Part shown: positions 24,625-38,517 of the stretch, in pieces
Numbering within the stretch: position 1 is the stretch's first letter
How the letters are laid out: every line of letters starts with the position of its first letter
The notes under the pieces: model-generated
What the model saw: the letters and a program-made list of their open reading frames with translations, nothing else
Databases searched by the model: none
What the model was told of the DNA's origin: nothing
Translations under genes and position numbers: made by a program
Assembly: GCF_963921235.1 (NCBI RefSeq)
Contig: NC_086097.1
Location: 135,224,001 to 135,288,000 of the forward strand
Origin: Mobula hypostoma
Taxonomy: Eukaryota
Direction of reading: 5' to 3'
DNA: 64,000 bases

Positions 24625-25130
24625 TAATAGGTTTATTATTGTCACCTGTACCGAGGTACAATGAAAAGCTGTGTTTTACATGCTATCCGTACAGATCATT
24701 GCAAAAGGTAAGCACTTTGATGTAGTACAGGGGAAATGCAATAACAGACTGTAAAATATAGTGTTTGTGCTACAGTTACAGATAAAGAGAAAGTGGACTG
24801 CAGGTAGGCAAAAAGGTACAAGGGCCAAGATCAAGAGTTCATTTTTATCACAACAGGTCTGTAATGACAATGGGATAGAATTGAGCCTGGTGGTGTGCAT
24901 TTTCATGCTTTTGTATCTTCTCTCTGATGGAAGGTGAAGAAGAGAGAACAACAGAGGTGGAGGGGTCTTTCATTCTGTTGGCTGCTTTCCTGAGGCAGTA
25001 GGAAGTTGGTGGAAGGGAGACTAGTCTTTGTGATGGACCAAGTTGAGTCCACAACTCTCTGCCGTTTCTTGCGGTCTTGGGCAGTGCAGTTGCTGTACTG
25101 AGTTGTGATGGATCCGGACAGCATGTTTTC
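24625..25130 (-). mobile_element. Rex1/Babar-like LINE 3' fragment
   Basis: LQRVVD-like and LPSERRYKSMKMHTTRL remnants. Confidence 0.65.
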
Positions 25131-26024
25131 ATTGGTGCGTACCAGCATGTTCCAACTCTGGGAAAGACTTAGAAGTGGCCCAAGCAGCAGCTTTTTCGCA
25201 CAGAGCTTGGTGCACGTATCGAATGAGCTGGCAGAAAAAGTGTTGGAGGCAGGGACGATACCAATTTTTAAAAGGTACTTGGACAGGGACATGGATAAGA
25301 AAGCTTTAGAGAGATAGGAGGCAAACACAGGTAGATGGACTAGCTTAGATGGGCAGATTGACATGATTCCTGAAGGAGGCTCTCGGCCCGAAACATCAAC
25401 CGTTTATTCATTTCCATAGATGCTGCCTGACCCACTGAGTTCCTCCAGCACCTTGTGTGTGTTATCGTGGCATGGAACAGTCGTGCCAGAGGACCTACTT
25501 ATGTGCTGTATGACTCTGTGATTCGAGCTAAGACTGTTCCTAAAGGGGTCACAGATTGGAAGGATGATGATTGTGTTATTAAAGGAGGTCGGTGAAAATC
25601 AGCAAAGCTGCAGGTGTTGGAACAAAAACAAAAACGGAAAATGCTGTAAGTACCCTGCAGGTCGGGTTGCATCTGTGGGAAGAGAACCAGAGTTTTAAGT
25701 TTCAGGTCAGAGACCCTTCGTCAGAACTGAAAAGGAGACAAAAGAAGCTTGCAAAGGTTGGGGAAGGAGGGTGGCTCTGATAGACTGAAACAGATGTGAC
25801 CATGGGATAAACTGTAAACAGGCTGTCTGGATAATGAGTGAATGAGCATAGTCAGAGTGAGAACATAAATAAAAGAACCCAGACAAAAAGATGTGGGAGT
25901 TGTGAAATGCAGAGCAGGAAGATATGCCTGGCAATCAGCCTGAGTACAAAAAAAACTAGGTTTATTGGAAGTCCATTCTCCGATGGAAAACAGGAGTAAA
26001 TATAAGTAAGCAAATTGTTAACTA

Positions 26025-26440
26025 TAAACATGAGAAAGTGCAGATTCTGGAAATCCAGAGCAACACACACAAAATGCTGGAGGAACTCAGCAGGTCAGGC
26101 AGCATCTATGGAAATGAATAGATAATCGACGTTTTGGCTGAGACCCTTCTTCAGGACTGAGAAAGAAGGGGGAAGATACCAGAATAAAAAGGTTGTGGAG
26201 AGGAAAGAGGCTAGCTGGAAGGTGATAGAAGGAATCTGGTAGGAGAGGAGAGTGGATCACAGGAGGAGGGGGCCTAGGAGGAAGTAATAGGAAAGTGAGA
26301 AGAGGTAAAAGGTCAGAGTAGGGAATGCGGGGGTGGGGAGGGTTGGAATGTGTTTACTGGAGGAGAAATCAATATTCATGCCATCAGGTTGGAGGCTACC
26401 CAGATGGAATATAAGGTGTTGCTCCTCCACACTGAGGGTT
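26025..26440 (-). mobile_element. Penelope-like element 3' end with hammerhead-like motif (26123-26159)
   Basis: Minus strand encodes TLSVEEQHLIFHLGSLQPDGMNIDF (GIY-YIG C-terminus-like), then CAGTC-CTGAAGA-AGGGTCTCAGCC-AAAACGTC-GATT. Confidence 0.7.
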
Positions 26441-26884
26441 GACGAGCTTATTCAGAAGTATAGCTAGCTGACTGAAATGATAATGAGTCATAGAATTGTG
26501 CAGCATTGAAACAGGCCTTTCAGCCCGTCAGATCTATTCTGGCCATCGTGCCCACCTGTGTGAATAATATTTCCTTGCATTAATTTCATGTCCCTCTATG
26601 TCTGCTCATTCAAGTACGTCTAGATGCCTCTTAATAGTTTAGAAGGGGAAATTTGTGGGACTGTTTAAAGGGGAATTTTATCAGTTGGAAAAATCACCAC
26701 CTGCGATTGACCTATAGCCAGTGTTGTTGTCTCATTCAGTAACTTTGCGTTCTAGGTGCAATAAACACTAATTGCAGTGCAAAGTTAAGTACGCATCACT
26801 TCTAGCTCAATTTCTTGCTTGCGTTGATGTATCTTAAATACTTAGACCTCTTTAATTCTGTTTGTTGTGTTTTTTTTCCCAAAG

Positions 26885-27423
26885 AGATCTGAAGTAACAA
26901 ACACAGACCACCTCACCACGGTTCTTAATCTCAACATTAAAATTTATCACAATGCCGGAAATCTGATGCAAGAGCTTTGCTGTTTACAACAGTTAATTTC
27001 CTTGCATCCGCTCAACCCGTGGTATTGGAAGAAGATAGCTGAAGCCTACCTTGGTCTTGCTCAAGGTTTATCATCGCCAACAGCACCACCTGTCCCAGAC
27101 TGCAAGGGCGGGCACTGCCTTAGAACATCACAGCAGTCAGCAAGAGAGGCAGAATCCTCTAAAACTGGACCTGACTGTGCACGGCTGCAAGGTGAAAGCA
27201 AAAGATCTCCCATGTCGGAGACTTGTGAAAGGCAGTTGGTGTGCTCTGCAAGTGTGTCCACAGAAGAGCATTCAGTTCTGATGCTGACAAGAAGTAGAAA
27301 GCCACTGGAGCCAGTGAATGGTTCATCATCCTGTTCAATCATTGCCGCTAACATGGAGTCCAAAATTGGAGGAGAGCTGCAACATCTGTGGCTATTTGCA
27401 TATTCGTCCTTTGTGAGAGCAAG
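26885..27423 (+). CDS. C8orf76: C8orf76-like coding exon 4 (RSEVTNTDHLTTVL...WLFAYSSFVRAR)
   Basis: T-rich tract and cccaaag| acceptor; AG|GTATGT donor (phase 2); lies within ORF 26867-27442. Confidence 0.93.
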
Positions 27424-28944
27424 GTATGTTCTCAGCATGTAAACTACATTTGTAGATGTGTTGTTTGTCAGAACTGGTTTGGAAATACTCAGCAGGTCAG
27501 GCAGCATCTGTGGATAAACAAATGCAGTTACAGTTAATATTTCCCATCCAAAAGAAGAACAAATTACTGGAGGAATTCAGCAGATCAGACAGCATCTGTG
27601 GAGGGAATGGACTCTATTCCTCCAGCTGTTTGTATTTTGCTGCAGATTCCAACGTCTGCAGTGTCTTGTGTCAGCATTTCTTGTGAATGATCTTACTGTT
27701 TCTCTTCACAGACATTGACTCAGCTGCTGAGGATTTCCAGCATCTTTTTCATCTCTTTTCATTTCAGACTTTTAATATCTGCAGTATTTTCCTTTTGCAA
27801 TAATTTATCTCATTGTTGCTGGCAGCATACAACACATCCTTTAGTCAAACATTGTCTTACATTCTTCACTTCAAAATATTGTGACTTGCTGAAAGTGGAA
27901 ATCATTGTTACATGGAGGGCAACAGGAGATCTGGGATCTCAGTAAACAGAGGAGTGAGGGACTGATTTACATTCATTTTGGGTATAGACAGACAAATACA
28001 ATAAGGGAAAGAGGAACTGGATAAAGGTTTGGAAGTATATGCCACAATTTTAAAAAATTCTTAAAAACATAAATTCTGCCATGTTCTGAGTCAGAAAGGT
28101 TTTTGTATTATTGATCACAATATACTTAAAAAGGTTCAAATTAAGCCAGTTATTAGGTTCCAGCCATTCTTTATTATGAACAGTTAATTGGTCTGTTTTT
28201 GCTTGCTTTAGGAACTGCTGGCCTTTTCTGGCTTGCAGTTTTACTGTTGTCTGGATCCTCTATAAGTGTATTACAAAATGCATCTTAACATTCCTCTGAG
28301 ATGAGCACTGATGTACTGGGCTGAAACATAGATGCTCTGTTCTGGGGTTACTTGAATGGGAGTACCAACCTCAATTAACTTCCTTTATTTTTCGTTATTA
28401 GTTTTTAGTTTTTTTAATCATTTCTAGTAGATTAAGCTATTTTCATTGTTTGATTAATTTTTCAAATCTATACAAATAAGTTAAAGTATTCAAGTTTAAT
28501 TATTTCAGAGGCATTTAGAAATAGTCCATAAAGATTTTCCAGCTGCCTGAAGGCCAAGATGGCAGTCCGTGGGCAGGGTATCAGATCCAGTGCTTGTGAC
28601 CCCCTTGGTTTGGAAGATGGCCGATGCAGCAACCTCTCCAGCTCGATTAGTTCTGCAGTGACAGAACACAAATTGAGTTGTCGTGAGACACAGAGGGTGA
28701 GTTCCATGGACAAGTCAAGGATGTTATTTAAAGGAGACATTATTTAGCTGGGTGCTATCAAACATGGGGGCAGTATAAGTTGATCAACACATTCCTAAGT
28801 TAGTTTCTTGGAGCAGGCGTGCAGAAAGATGGCTAAGAGTAAGAGTCATGTGCTGCACGGAGACACCAGAGAATGCAAATGCTGGAATCTGGAGCAAAAC
28901 AATCTGCAAGAGGAAACCAGAGGTCCATGAGCCAGTGCTCTTTA

Positions 28945-29400
28945 GGGGTTAGGAAGTGGAGAGGGTCGGTAACTTTAAATTCCTTGGTGTTACCATTTCA
29001 GAGGATCTGTTCTGGGACCAGCGGTGCCTCAACTTTCTAAGAAGTTTACGTTGATTCGGCATATCATCTAAAACTTTGACAAACGTCTATAGATCCTCAG
29101 TGATGAGCACCCTGACTAGCTGTATCGCAGTCTGGTATGGAAACACTAATGGCCTCCCCACCTTTGAGCTCATCTACAAGGAGAGCTGCCACAAGAAAGC
29201 AGCTTTCATCATCAAGGACCCCCACCATCCAGGCCTTGCTGTCTTCTCATTGCTGCCATCGGGAAAGAGGTACAGGAGCCTTAGGTCCCACGCCACCAGA
29301 TTCAGGAACAGTTATTACCTTTCAACCATCAGGCTCCTGAACCAGAATGGATAACTTCACTCACCTCAACTTTGAACTGATTCCACAACCTGCAGACTCA
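28945..29400 (+). mobile_element. Rex1/Babar-like LINE 3' fragment
   Basis: ORF 29076-29354: IKDPHHPGLAVFSLLPSGKRYRSLRSHATRFRNSYY. Confidence 0.75.
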
Positions 29401-29872
29401 TTTTTAATTTGTTGAGTTATGTCATGGAATAGGCCCTTCTGGCCCTTCAAGCTGCACCGCTCAGCAACTCCCGATTTTCATCTGAGCATAATCACGGGAG
29501 AATTTACAATGACCAATACAGGCATCTTTTGGGCTGTGGGAAGAAACTGAAGCACCCGGAGGAAATCCTCACAGTCACGGGGAGAACGTCAACACTCCAT
29601 GCAGGCAGCGGCAGAAATTGAATCCTGGTCAGTGGTACTGTGAAGTGTTGTGCTAACCACTACATTACCATGCTGCCCCACGACTCTGTAATTCATGTTC
29701 TCAATATTGTTCATTAATTAATTTATTATTAGTTGTGGGTTTTTTTTGCAGTTTGGCGTCTTTTGCACATTGTCGGTCTTTATGTGTAGTTTTTCATCAA
29801 TTCTATTATATTTCTTTGTTCTACTTTGAAGGCCCACAAGAAATAAATCTTAGAGTAATATTTAGCGACGTA

Positions 29873-30612
29873 CACTCAGTGTCCACTTTATTAGACACAG
29901 GAGGAGAACCCAGTGTTGATCTTCTGCTACTCTAGCCCATCCACTTCGAGGTTCGTATTGTACGTTCAGAGATGCTTTTCTCCACCCTACTTGTAACGTG
30001 TGGTTATTTGAGTTACTGTCATTTTCCTGTTAGCTCGAAACAGTCTGGCCATTCTCCTCTTGACTTCTCTCATTAACATGGCATTTTTGCCCACAGAACT
30101 GCCACTCACTGGATGTTTTTTTGTTTCCCGCACTGTTCTGCCTCTAGAGATGCTGCTTGTTTTGTACACGCATCACTTCCTGTTGGTAAGCTGGCTTTTG
30201 CAAATGCCATGATAGCATTCATTTCGAGGTCTAGAATACAAGAGCAAGGCTGTGATGCTGAGGCTTTATAAGGCATTGGTGAGACCTCACCTTGAGTATT
30301 GTGAACAGTTTTGAGCCCCTGTCTAGCTTTGTTTACAACACGCTGTGAGGGCAGTAGATGCACCGTTCTCTGTAAACTCTAGAACATCCCAGGAGGTCAG
30401 CAGTTTCTGAGATACTCAGACCACCCCATCTGGCACCAGAAATCATTCCACAGTCACTTAGATTACATTTCTTTGTCATTCTGATGTTGGGTTTAAACTA
30501 TAACTGAACCTCTTGATCTTGCATACATTTTGCATTGAGTTGTTGCCACATTATGAGCGGATTATATATTTGCACTAATGAGCAGGTGTACCTAGAAAGT
30601 AGCCACTGAGTG
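29873..30612 (-). mobile_element. Deleted Tc1-like transposon with both TIRs and TA TSD; contains a CR1 fragment (about 30205-30325)
   Basis: TA|CACTCAGTGTCCACTTTATTAG ... CTAGAAAGTAGCCACTGAGTG|TA; RRMARLFRANRKMTVTQITTRY transposase remnant. Confidence 0.8.
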
Positions 30613-31517
30613 TATTGTATAACGTACTTCGATAATAAATCTACCTTGACCTTTGCTGGAGGAATTCAGCAAGTCAGGAGGAAAAGAGTTATCAATATTT
30701 TGGATCAAAACCCTGCGTCAGGACTAACATTAAGCACAGAAACAATGTTATTGATCCATTGTCCTCTGGGTTAAGGGCCTGGTCCATCACTGTTGCTCAA
30801 AGCTTTGCTCTATTATCCTCTAAACTTTGCACATTAATGACTCTGTTCATCTCTAATATATCTTCAGTCTTCTGGAGATATCATACATAGTTTGCAATCG
30901 ATGGATGCCTTTGTTTTTCCTGTTGTTGCTCATTGCTTTATTTATTATTACTGTTCGCTGTGCCAGCTTCACACAAGCAAGGAATTTCATTGTTTCCTGT
31001 TTTTATATGACAATGAATTCAGCTGAATTGAATATCCAGCTATGATGCTGAAAAAGACACACTGCAGAAACTCTCATCACATTCACGCTTGCATTCAAAG
31101 GGGAGATAGCTATGAGACAACTACTCTCTGACTCTCCCAGATATGGTCCCTACAATGTAGCAGATGTGATTACTGTCCAAAATCCAGAAATGTTGTGATC
31201 CATAAGTGTTCCGATTGAAGATCTTGTGTATTAAAGCAAGAAATAATGCTCGAGGAACTCAGCAGGTCAGGCAGCATCTGTACTCTTGTGTTTCCATCTT
31301 GTGTCCTAAAACAAAAACCTCAAAGGTAGCCCTTTGAGATATTTTTGTTACTAAATGCAGTTGTTGAGTTTGACTAGATTCATTAAAGTGAGTTTCAACT
31401 CATCAGTGCAAGATGAGCCGAGACTGACTGGGCTTTGCCTTTGACATATTGCTTAACGATCTGTTATAGCTCTCTCTGCAGTGTGAACAGCTAGCTTATG
31501 AAATTGTCTGTGCTCAG

Positions 31518-31650
31518 ACTTCTGTTGCAGATGATGAAGCCTCAGCAGACATCATTTGTCCTGGAGAGGAGCCAGGCTGTGCAGGAAGAGATCAGTCAGC
31601 AGCTCAGCAGGCTGTATCAGAGTGAAGAGTTGCTGAATGTCCTAACCAAG
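31518..31650 (+). CDS. C8orf76: C8orf76-like coding exon 5 (LLLQMMKPQQTSFVLERSQAVQEEISQQLSRLYQSEELLNVLTK)
   Basis: tgctcag|A completes the phase-2 Arg codon; AAG|GTACAG donor; PQQTSF.LER motif. Confidence 0.92.
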
Positions 31651-32184
31651 GTACAGTGAGCTTTGGTTGTTTGAGTGTGTATTTGTATTTATTTTATTGA
31701 GACACATTGTGGAATTGGCCCTTCGAGCTGCACTGCCCAGCACTTCCTCAATTTAACCTTAGCCTTATCACAGGACAATTTACAATGACCGATTAACCTA
31801 CCAGCCAGCTTGTCTTTGGACTGTGGGAGGAAACAGGAGCACCCGAAGAAAACCCACACGGTCACGTGGAGAACGTACGAACTCCTTACGTGCAGTGCCG
31901 GGAGTTGAACCTGGGTTGCCTGTACGGTAAAGTGTTGTGTTAACCACTACACTACCGTGTCACCCTTTTATATACCAGAAACTGAGTGAGTTTCTCAATA
32001 CCAAGAGCTCCTACAGGTAAGATAACTGGCATCGTTTTCTTTTAAACTGCAGTGAATAGAAATTTGTCTTCAGTCACAGGTCCTAAAGTACAATGTCTTT
32101 GAGTCTGTATATTTTATTCTGCTTCCAAAATTTGGTACACTTTAATCTTGGGCCTATATACTGTATATCTGCAGTCTCACACAG

Positions 32185-32750
32185 AGAATAGGACAGTATA
32201 CAGCACAGGAACAGGCTAATTGGCCCACCATGTCTGCCTAGAACATGATACCAAATTTAACTAAATCTCTTCTACCTGTACTTGGCCCATATCCCTTCAT
32301 TCTCTGCAGATTCATGTGACGTTTAACAAATACCACTCTCATACCTGCTTCCACCACTGCCCCTGACAGCCCATTCCAAACACCTAACACTCTCTGTATG
32401 TTTAAAAAAAAATCTCTTCATGTCTCATTTAAACTCCTCCCCCCACCACAAGTACCTGGCCTCTAGTACTTAGCATTGCTACCCTAGGAAAAGGAATCTA
32501 CTATCTTCCCTATCTATTCCTTGTGCAATTTTATAAATATCTTTCAGGTCTCTCCTCAGCCTCCCACACGCCAGAGAAAACAAGGCAAGTTTCTACAGCC
32601 TCTCCTTTTTCTTTGCTCATACCCTCTAATCCAGGCAGCATCCTGGTAAATCTCTTTTGCACCCTTTCCAAAGCCTCCACATATTTCCTGTAACGGGATG
32701 ACTAGAAATAGACACAATCTCCAAGTGTGGCCTAGCCAAAGTTTTATATA
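32185..32750 (-). mobile_element. Old CR1 3' fragment
   Basis: Reverse complement of a CR1 ORF2 C-terminus and 3' UTR, heavily diverged. Confidence 0.65.
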
Positions 32751-35700
32751 GTTTTACATGATGGCTGCCTCACAAGTGACAAATAAGTGAAATTTGGTGC
32801 AGATCCTTGTAGCTATGTATGGGGACTGTATTGGTCATGGACATTTCTTTATACACAGCCAAATAGATTTTAGTGACCTGTGAAATTTCCATCTTTTGGA
32901 ATGATTGCTAAATTCATAGATTTAAGCGCAGCTCTGAGTCTTCATCTTGACCCAGGTCATTATGCACGTAGCACTGAGTGATGGATTTGAATTGAAGGTA
33001 AAGCAGAAAGAATTCAACTTCAAGTTTATTACCATCGTCATGCATACATACCCAGGGTGTAATTGCCATGAAAGTTGGCCTTTTTGCAGCAACAGCACAG
33101 TATCTTACAAACACACGTTAATATAGACATAAATTATACATAATAAGAGCAGGGGTTGAGGGTGTTTTGTCTCAGTTCAAGAATCTGATGGCAGTGGGGA
33201 AGACACTGCTGTTGAACCTTGAAGTGTGGGTCTTCAGACTTCTGTACCTCGTGCCTGATGGCAGCATTGAGAAGAGGAGAGTGCTGCATTGTCAGTAATC
33301 CTTCTTTGGATGTGATGTTAAAAGTAAGATCTGTTCAGATGTATATTAAGGATCTCATTCATGTTATTTCAATGCTCAGAGAGTTCACCTGGCCGGCATT
33401 TTTGCTTTAACCAACATCATCAGATTTGCTTCATGTGCATCCTTGCAGTGCGCTGCCATATTAACATGCCTAACAAGTCTTTGCAACAGTAAGCACTTTG
33501 AAAGGTCTCTGAGGCGGTCTAACGGTGCAAATCTGCTTCTGATTTTGCGGAAAATATCACAATTGATATTTCTGGATGCTTTTTTAAAATGATGGTTATA
33601 TTTTATTTGATTTCCTTTGGGATCCATTTTAACGACTCTATATGATTAAAGTTTAGAAGTATGTCATTCCACTTGGCAAGGGTTTCTTTGCGGTTATATA
33701 GTTTAAAGACTCGCCTGGCAGAACATATTGTACAGTTTATTTTAGACTATGTCAAAGTTGTTGGGCCTGCAACATATGCATGTAATTTGGCGTGTTGTGA
33801 GCAAGAGCATCTGGATGTGATCCTAGTGTGTTAACAAACAGTAAAGTTCATTTCACTGAGACAGCATGCAACAGGAAATTGTCCTCTAAATAAAACAATT
33901 TACTGTATCCTGTAGACTGGTGGTTTGATCCCCTTCATTATCCACGGAGCTACCCTGGGAGGATTGCATTTAACTTACTCAAAGAATATTTTTGTTAATG
34001 TTTGTCTTTAATGCAAAACATCTTTAGGAAGACCTTCTGTTCCAGACATGAGTTACATCCCTATAGTATGGACTAGAAACTTCACTGCCCTATGCACTTC
34101 TTAGGAAAGCACTGAGCGGTTTTGCAATAATAGTTGATTAAGCTTGTTGACTGCTTTCTCATTTTCTCTCCTGGGGATATCCTCAATGCAAAAAAAAATC
34201 TCTTTACAAGTAGTTATAATACAAAACGAACTGTAAGCTTGCATTAAATGTCAGCAGCTTAATTTTTGAAAGAATCTTTGGGATGATTTTATGTTTGTCA
34301 CTCCTTGGCAGTTTGTAGCAACTTATTTCCAGGTGTACTTTAAAATGTTATATGGAATTCCTCTCTGATATATGAAGACTTCAGAGCATTAATGGACCGT
34401 TGAGAAGAGGCTACACTTAAGAAGAGAATGATAGAAGCAATGTTGGAGATTTTTTGCATTTTAAGGGTATTGTTAGCTGCAGCCCAATATGAACCATGCC
34501 AAGAGGTGACTGAATGATTAGAAAGAGTTTGGCCTTTATTGCAAGGAGGTTGGAACAGCAAACTGATAACTTTAGTGTAACCATGCTTGGAAACCTATTG
34601 TCTCCTTCCCTTAGTAAGCTGTATTTGTCCTGAGAAGCTGTAATGAAGGTTTACTCAATTGATTCCTTTTTCAGAGAAGGAGGTATTGATCAGAACGTAT
34701 CCAAATTGTCTGGACTATCAAGTTACCTATTAGGTAATCTTTCTGGAATGTATGAACTTGAATTATCTTCGGCCCTGAAGACCTGAGATCACTCTGGTTT
34801 ATCTACTGCAGCTCCTTTAAAATGATCTTCTGCAACAACTTTCCTCACTTTTGCCCTGAATCCAGGGCACACTCTCTTCTAATTACTGTCATCAGGGAGG
34901 AGGCACAGGGGCCTGAAACCTATGCTCAGCATTTTAGGAACAGCTTCTTCCCTTCTGCCATCAGATTTCTGAATGGTCCACGAACACCGCCTCATTTTTC
35001 CTTTATTTTGAACTATTTATTTTTATAATTTATAGCAATTTTATGTCTTTGCACTGCCACAAAACAACAAATTTCACATAACTTAAGTCAGCAATTTTAA
35101 ATCTCATTCTCATCCTGAATTTCCAAGTAACTTTAATTTCTCCTGTATGGACAATAGTTTTCAGTGTGGCAAATCACACTAACCTCACTCATAATTAGAA
35201 AATGTTTCAGAGGACAAGGGGTATAGGAACATCAGTGGCAACAGAGTACTTCACATTTATTAGTGCTTTCCCTCTTCCAACCACTATTCACTTCAGTTCC
35301 TTGACCAGATAGAAGGAGTAATATTTTAATTTAAATTTGATATTAACTCTGACACTATAAATTTAATTTCATATGAAAAAGGCTGAAAAAAAACTTCTGT
35401 TGACTGAGCACCGTTATTAGCATGTAATAGCTGAACAGAATTTTAACTGGAGCCTACTTGTTCTCAGAGGTTAATATTGAATTGTTTTAATGTGGGTAAT
35501 ACTTCTTTAACATTGCCATTGGATTTGTATAATTTTGCCATAAATAGTGTTTTTACAGTAATAACTTATTAATATCTAATAAGCAAAACTACATGCTGAA
35601 ATTAAAAATAATTAAATAGGAAGCTACATTGTATTTATATGTTGTAGGATTGTATCTAGTGAGAGATGGGAGAGCGCTGGATCAAATCTGGAAATTGAAA

Positions 35701-35869
35701 AAGATTCAGGAGATAAATGAAACTTTTTCTTAAATCAGCAGGATGTAGGGATGGAGATTCCACTGTCTGGGAGGGTGGGGGAAAGTAGATCTGGTACTAG
35801 CTTCCTTAAGGAATTGTAAGTATTTTGTTTGTTTCAATATGTATTAAATGTATTTACCATTTCTTTTAG

Positions 35870-36037
35870 ACAATGGGGAAGGACCTATTGTCAGAGAAGA
35901 TCAAGAATGGTGCTGATGCTGAAGGATGTGCTGCTTTTCCCAATTCATCTGCTTTATCCAACGTTAACATTGAGACAGGCTCGGACTTTGAGGAAAGGTG
36001 GTTTAAGAAGACTCACTATATTTTCCTGCCATGGTAG
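35870..36037 (+). CDS. C8orf76: C8orf76-like terminal coding exon 6 (TMGKDLLSEKIKNG...DFEERWFKKTHYIFLPW*)
   Basis: ttcttttag| acceptor, phase 0; MG.D...EKIK and FE..WF.K motifs; TAG at 36035-36037. Confidence 0.9.
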   Translation, partial: TMGKDLLSEKIKNGADAEGCAAFPNSSALSNVNIETGSDFEERWFKKTHYIFLPW

Positions 36038-36564
36038 GGTGGGGAGAGAAAAGAAGAGCTTTGAGTATTGCAAATGTGGCTTGATCATTGCCAAGGAGAC
36101 TGTGTTTATTGTGGACAGTTAAAGAAATGTGCTGCTTTGGTGAGTTGAGCAAAATGCAGAGCCCTCTAGGCCAGAGTGGTGAAGTACAAAACAAGATCAC
36201 AGTCTTATGGTGGATTGATTATGCTTTGCACAGCCTTACTGAAGCAGTTGGATTTCAGAAGTGGCGTACGAAACAAGCTGATTTGTACTTTACCTCTGCA
36301 GAATTCATTGATAAAACACTGTTCACTTGAGTCCTGTCAGTGATATCGCTAGCAATGTGTTCAGAAAACAGGCGCTTGTTACTGTAAGACCTCTAGTATA
36401 ATCCAGTCACCAGCTGTGTGAAGAGTAATCTTCTTGTACAGTGATTTCAGCATCTGTATTTAAAATATTCTAACAGCATGATTTTCTCCCCACAGTTTTA
36501 TTACTATTTAATGTGATCCTAAATTTTCTGTAAATGGAGAACATGAGCAGAGGGAATAATTAAA

Positions 36565-37045
36565 GACAAGAGAAAATCTGCAGATGATGAAAATCTAAGC
36601 AACACAGCCAAAATGTTGGAGGAACTCAGCAGGCCAGGCAGGATCTATGGAAAAGAGTATAGTCAAAGTTTTGAGCTGAGACCCTTCAGCAGGACTGGAG
36701 GGAAAAAAGATGAGCCAGATGGAGGGAGGGAGGAAGAAACACGAGGTGATAGGTGAAATCGGGGGTGGGGGTAAAGAGCTGGGAAATTGGTAAAGGGCTG
36801 GAGCAGGGGGAATCTGACAGGACAGAAGGCTATGGAAGAAAGAGAAGTGGGAGGAGCACCAGAGGGGGTGATTGGCAGGTAAGGTGGGAGAGGGAATGGT
36901 AAGGGGAGGGAACATTACCGGAAGTGCGAGAAATCAATATTCATGCAATCAAGTTGGAGGATATCCAGACGGAATATAAGGTGTTGCTCCTCCAACCTGA
37001 GTGTGGCCTCATCACAACAGTAGAAGAGACCATGGACTGACATGT
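36565..37045 (-). mobile_element. Penelope-like element 3' end
   Basis: SVHGLFYCCDEATLRLEEQHLIFRLDILQLDCMNIDF (GIY-YIG C-terminus-like); decayed hammerhead-like motif at about 36660-36697. Confidence 0.75.
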
Positions 37046-38517
37046 CCATGTAATAATTTAAATTTTGTTTCCCCACATTTTCTACTACACATTGTTGAGT
37101 TGTTATGTCACCTTGCTGTACATATAAACTTGGGTCATCAGGTTTGTGTTGTGAATACATACCGAACATGTAACTTAAACTGACATTCCCAGTGAAGTAC
37201 AACAGGGATGCCACACTTTCAGAGGTGCTGCGCTTCAGTAGAGTGTTAAGTTAAGAATCTTTTAGCAGATTAAAGTGGTTGCAAAGTATCTTGTTACGCT
37301 GAATAAAGTGCTTGGCATTCTGCATGACCTGGCCCTCTTGATCCCTCATCTAGCATAAAATGGATTACTCTTTGTGAGAGCTTGCTGTGCACAATTTGGC
37401 CATTGCATTTCTGATATTACAATAATGAACATGCTTCATTGGTTGTAAAGTGCTTTGGGACATTCGAAGCTTGTGAAAGCCGTGTTCAAAATGCCTTAGA
37501 GATTAAAGTTCTTGCTGCTTATTAACAAGCAAGTTGTAGATGTAAAGGAGGGGGACGCAAATGAAGACTTCAAAAGTTAAGAGGATGTGATTATTATTAT
37601 ACTGGCTTGTTCTCTGAACATATGAGGTGAAAAGCCAGGGTTGTACAGAACTGTGGTGTTCTTGGGTTTGATAGTCTGTGTCCATTGGTTTCAGTCTACG
37701 TGTACGCAGGTCAGAGCCACCAGGATGTCCACACCTGATCACTGTTGAACGTTCCTTGCTTGAAATTCATGTCTGAGGTACTGATTGGGAATTGGTTTGA
37801 ATGAATTTAACCTGGAGCAGTCCTAGAGTTAGGACCACAGAGCTCATGTGATTAGGATCTTGACCGATATTTAGATGGATCTGCCCACATTGATGCTGCG
37901 ACTCACATACACTATGGAAGTTCCAGTTTCCTAAACTAACACAGCAACCTCTGTCCTCTACTTGAGCTGTGAGTACCCCTTCGGAGCCTAACGAAGCAGC
38001 TCTCAAACTTAGAAAATGGCTTCTGAGCCTGTGCCGGGTCAACCCTGTTGCAAGAACATTCGGTGCATTGGGATAGCAGGTTTTTAATTAGTATTTAGCT
38101 TCCGTGTTTTTAATTGAGTTTCAATTTGTTTATTGGTGTTTAAATATAAGACTTCTTATCAGTTTTTTTTTAAACTTTGTCTTCCTCTTTGAAACAGCTG
38201 CTGCTGATGGTCTGTGTCAGAGATCAGTAGGAGTGACACCAGTGTTAGATACCTGAGGACAGCTCAGCAGTTGTTGGAGTCATTGTGTGAGTGTAGCTGG
38301 CTTTCCTCACTGCTAGGGTCCCTGTCCTGTGCTGGTCCGCACTTGGGTGCCGTGCTGGAGCAGACAGCTAGTGAGGGGAAGAGGCAGCAGCCTCAGGATT
38401 GTGGATAGATGGATGTTGTGCAAAGTCCTGGGCCCACAAACCATGCAGGGGAAGAACACGTGCATGGTCTCAGCAGGTCAGTCAGCAACTGTGGAAAGTG
38501 AAACAGTTTCTCTCTCC

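Larger units (their letters stand above)
3111..36037 (+). other. C8orf76: Gene span (start to stop codon) of the C8orf76 orthologue; 6 coding exons, about 397 aa, TPR-like helical protein of unknown function
   Basis: Manual splicing gives one continuous ORF with motifs I recall from human C8orf76: EFEDSVFEE, CEP.WF, KF.GDLA..RQ.YQ, TNTDHLTTVL, LISLHP.NPW, PQQTSF.LER, FE..WF.K. Confidence 0.93.

Noticed and set aside
37302..37307. AATAAA as the C8orf76 polyadenylation signal
   Set aside because: Lies inside an old SINE remnant beyond a Penelope insertion; the transcript end cannot be determined from sequence alone.
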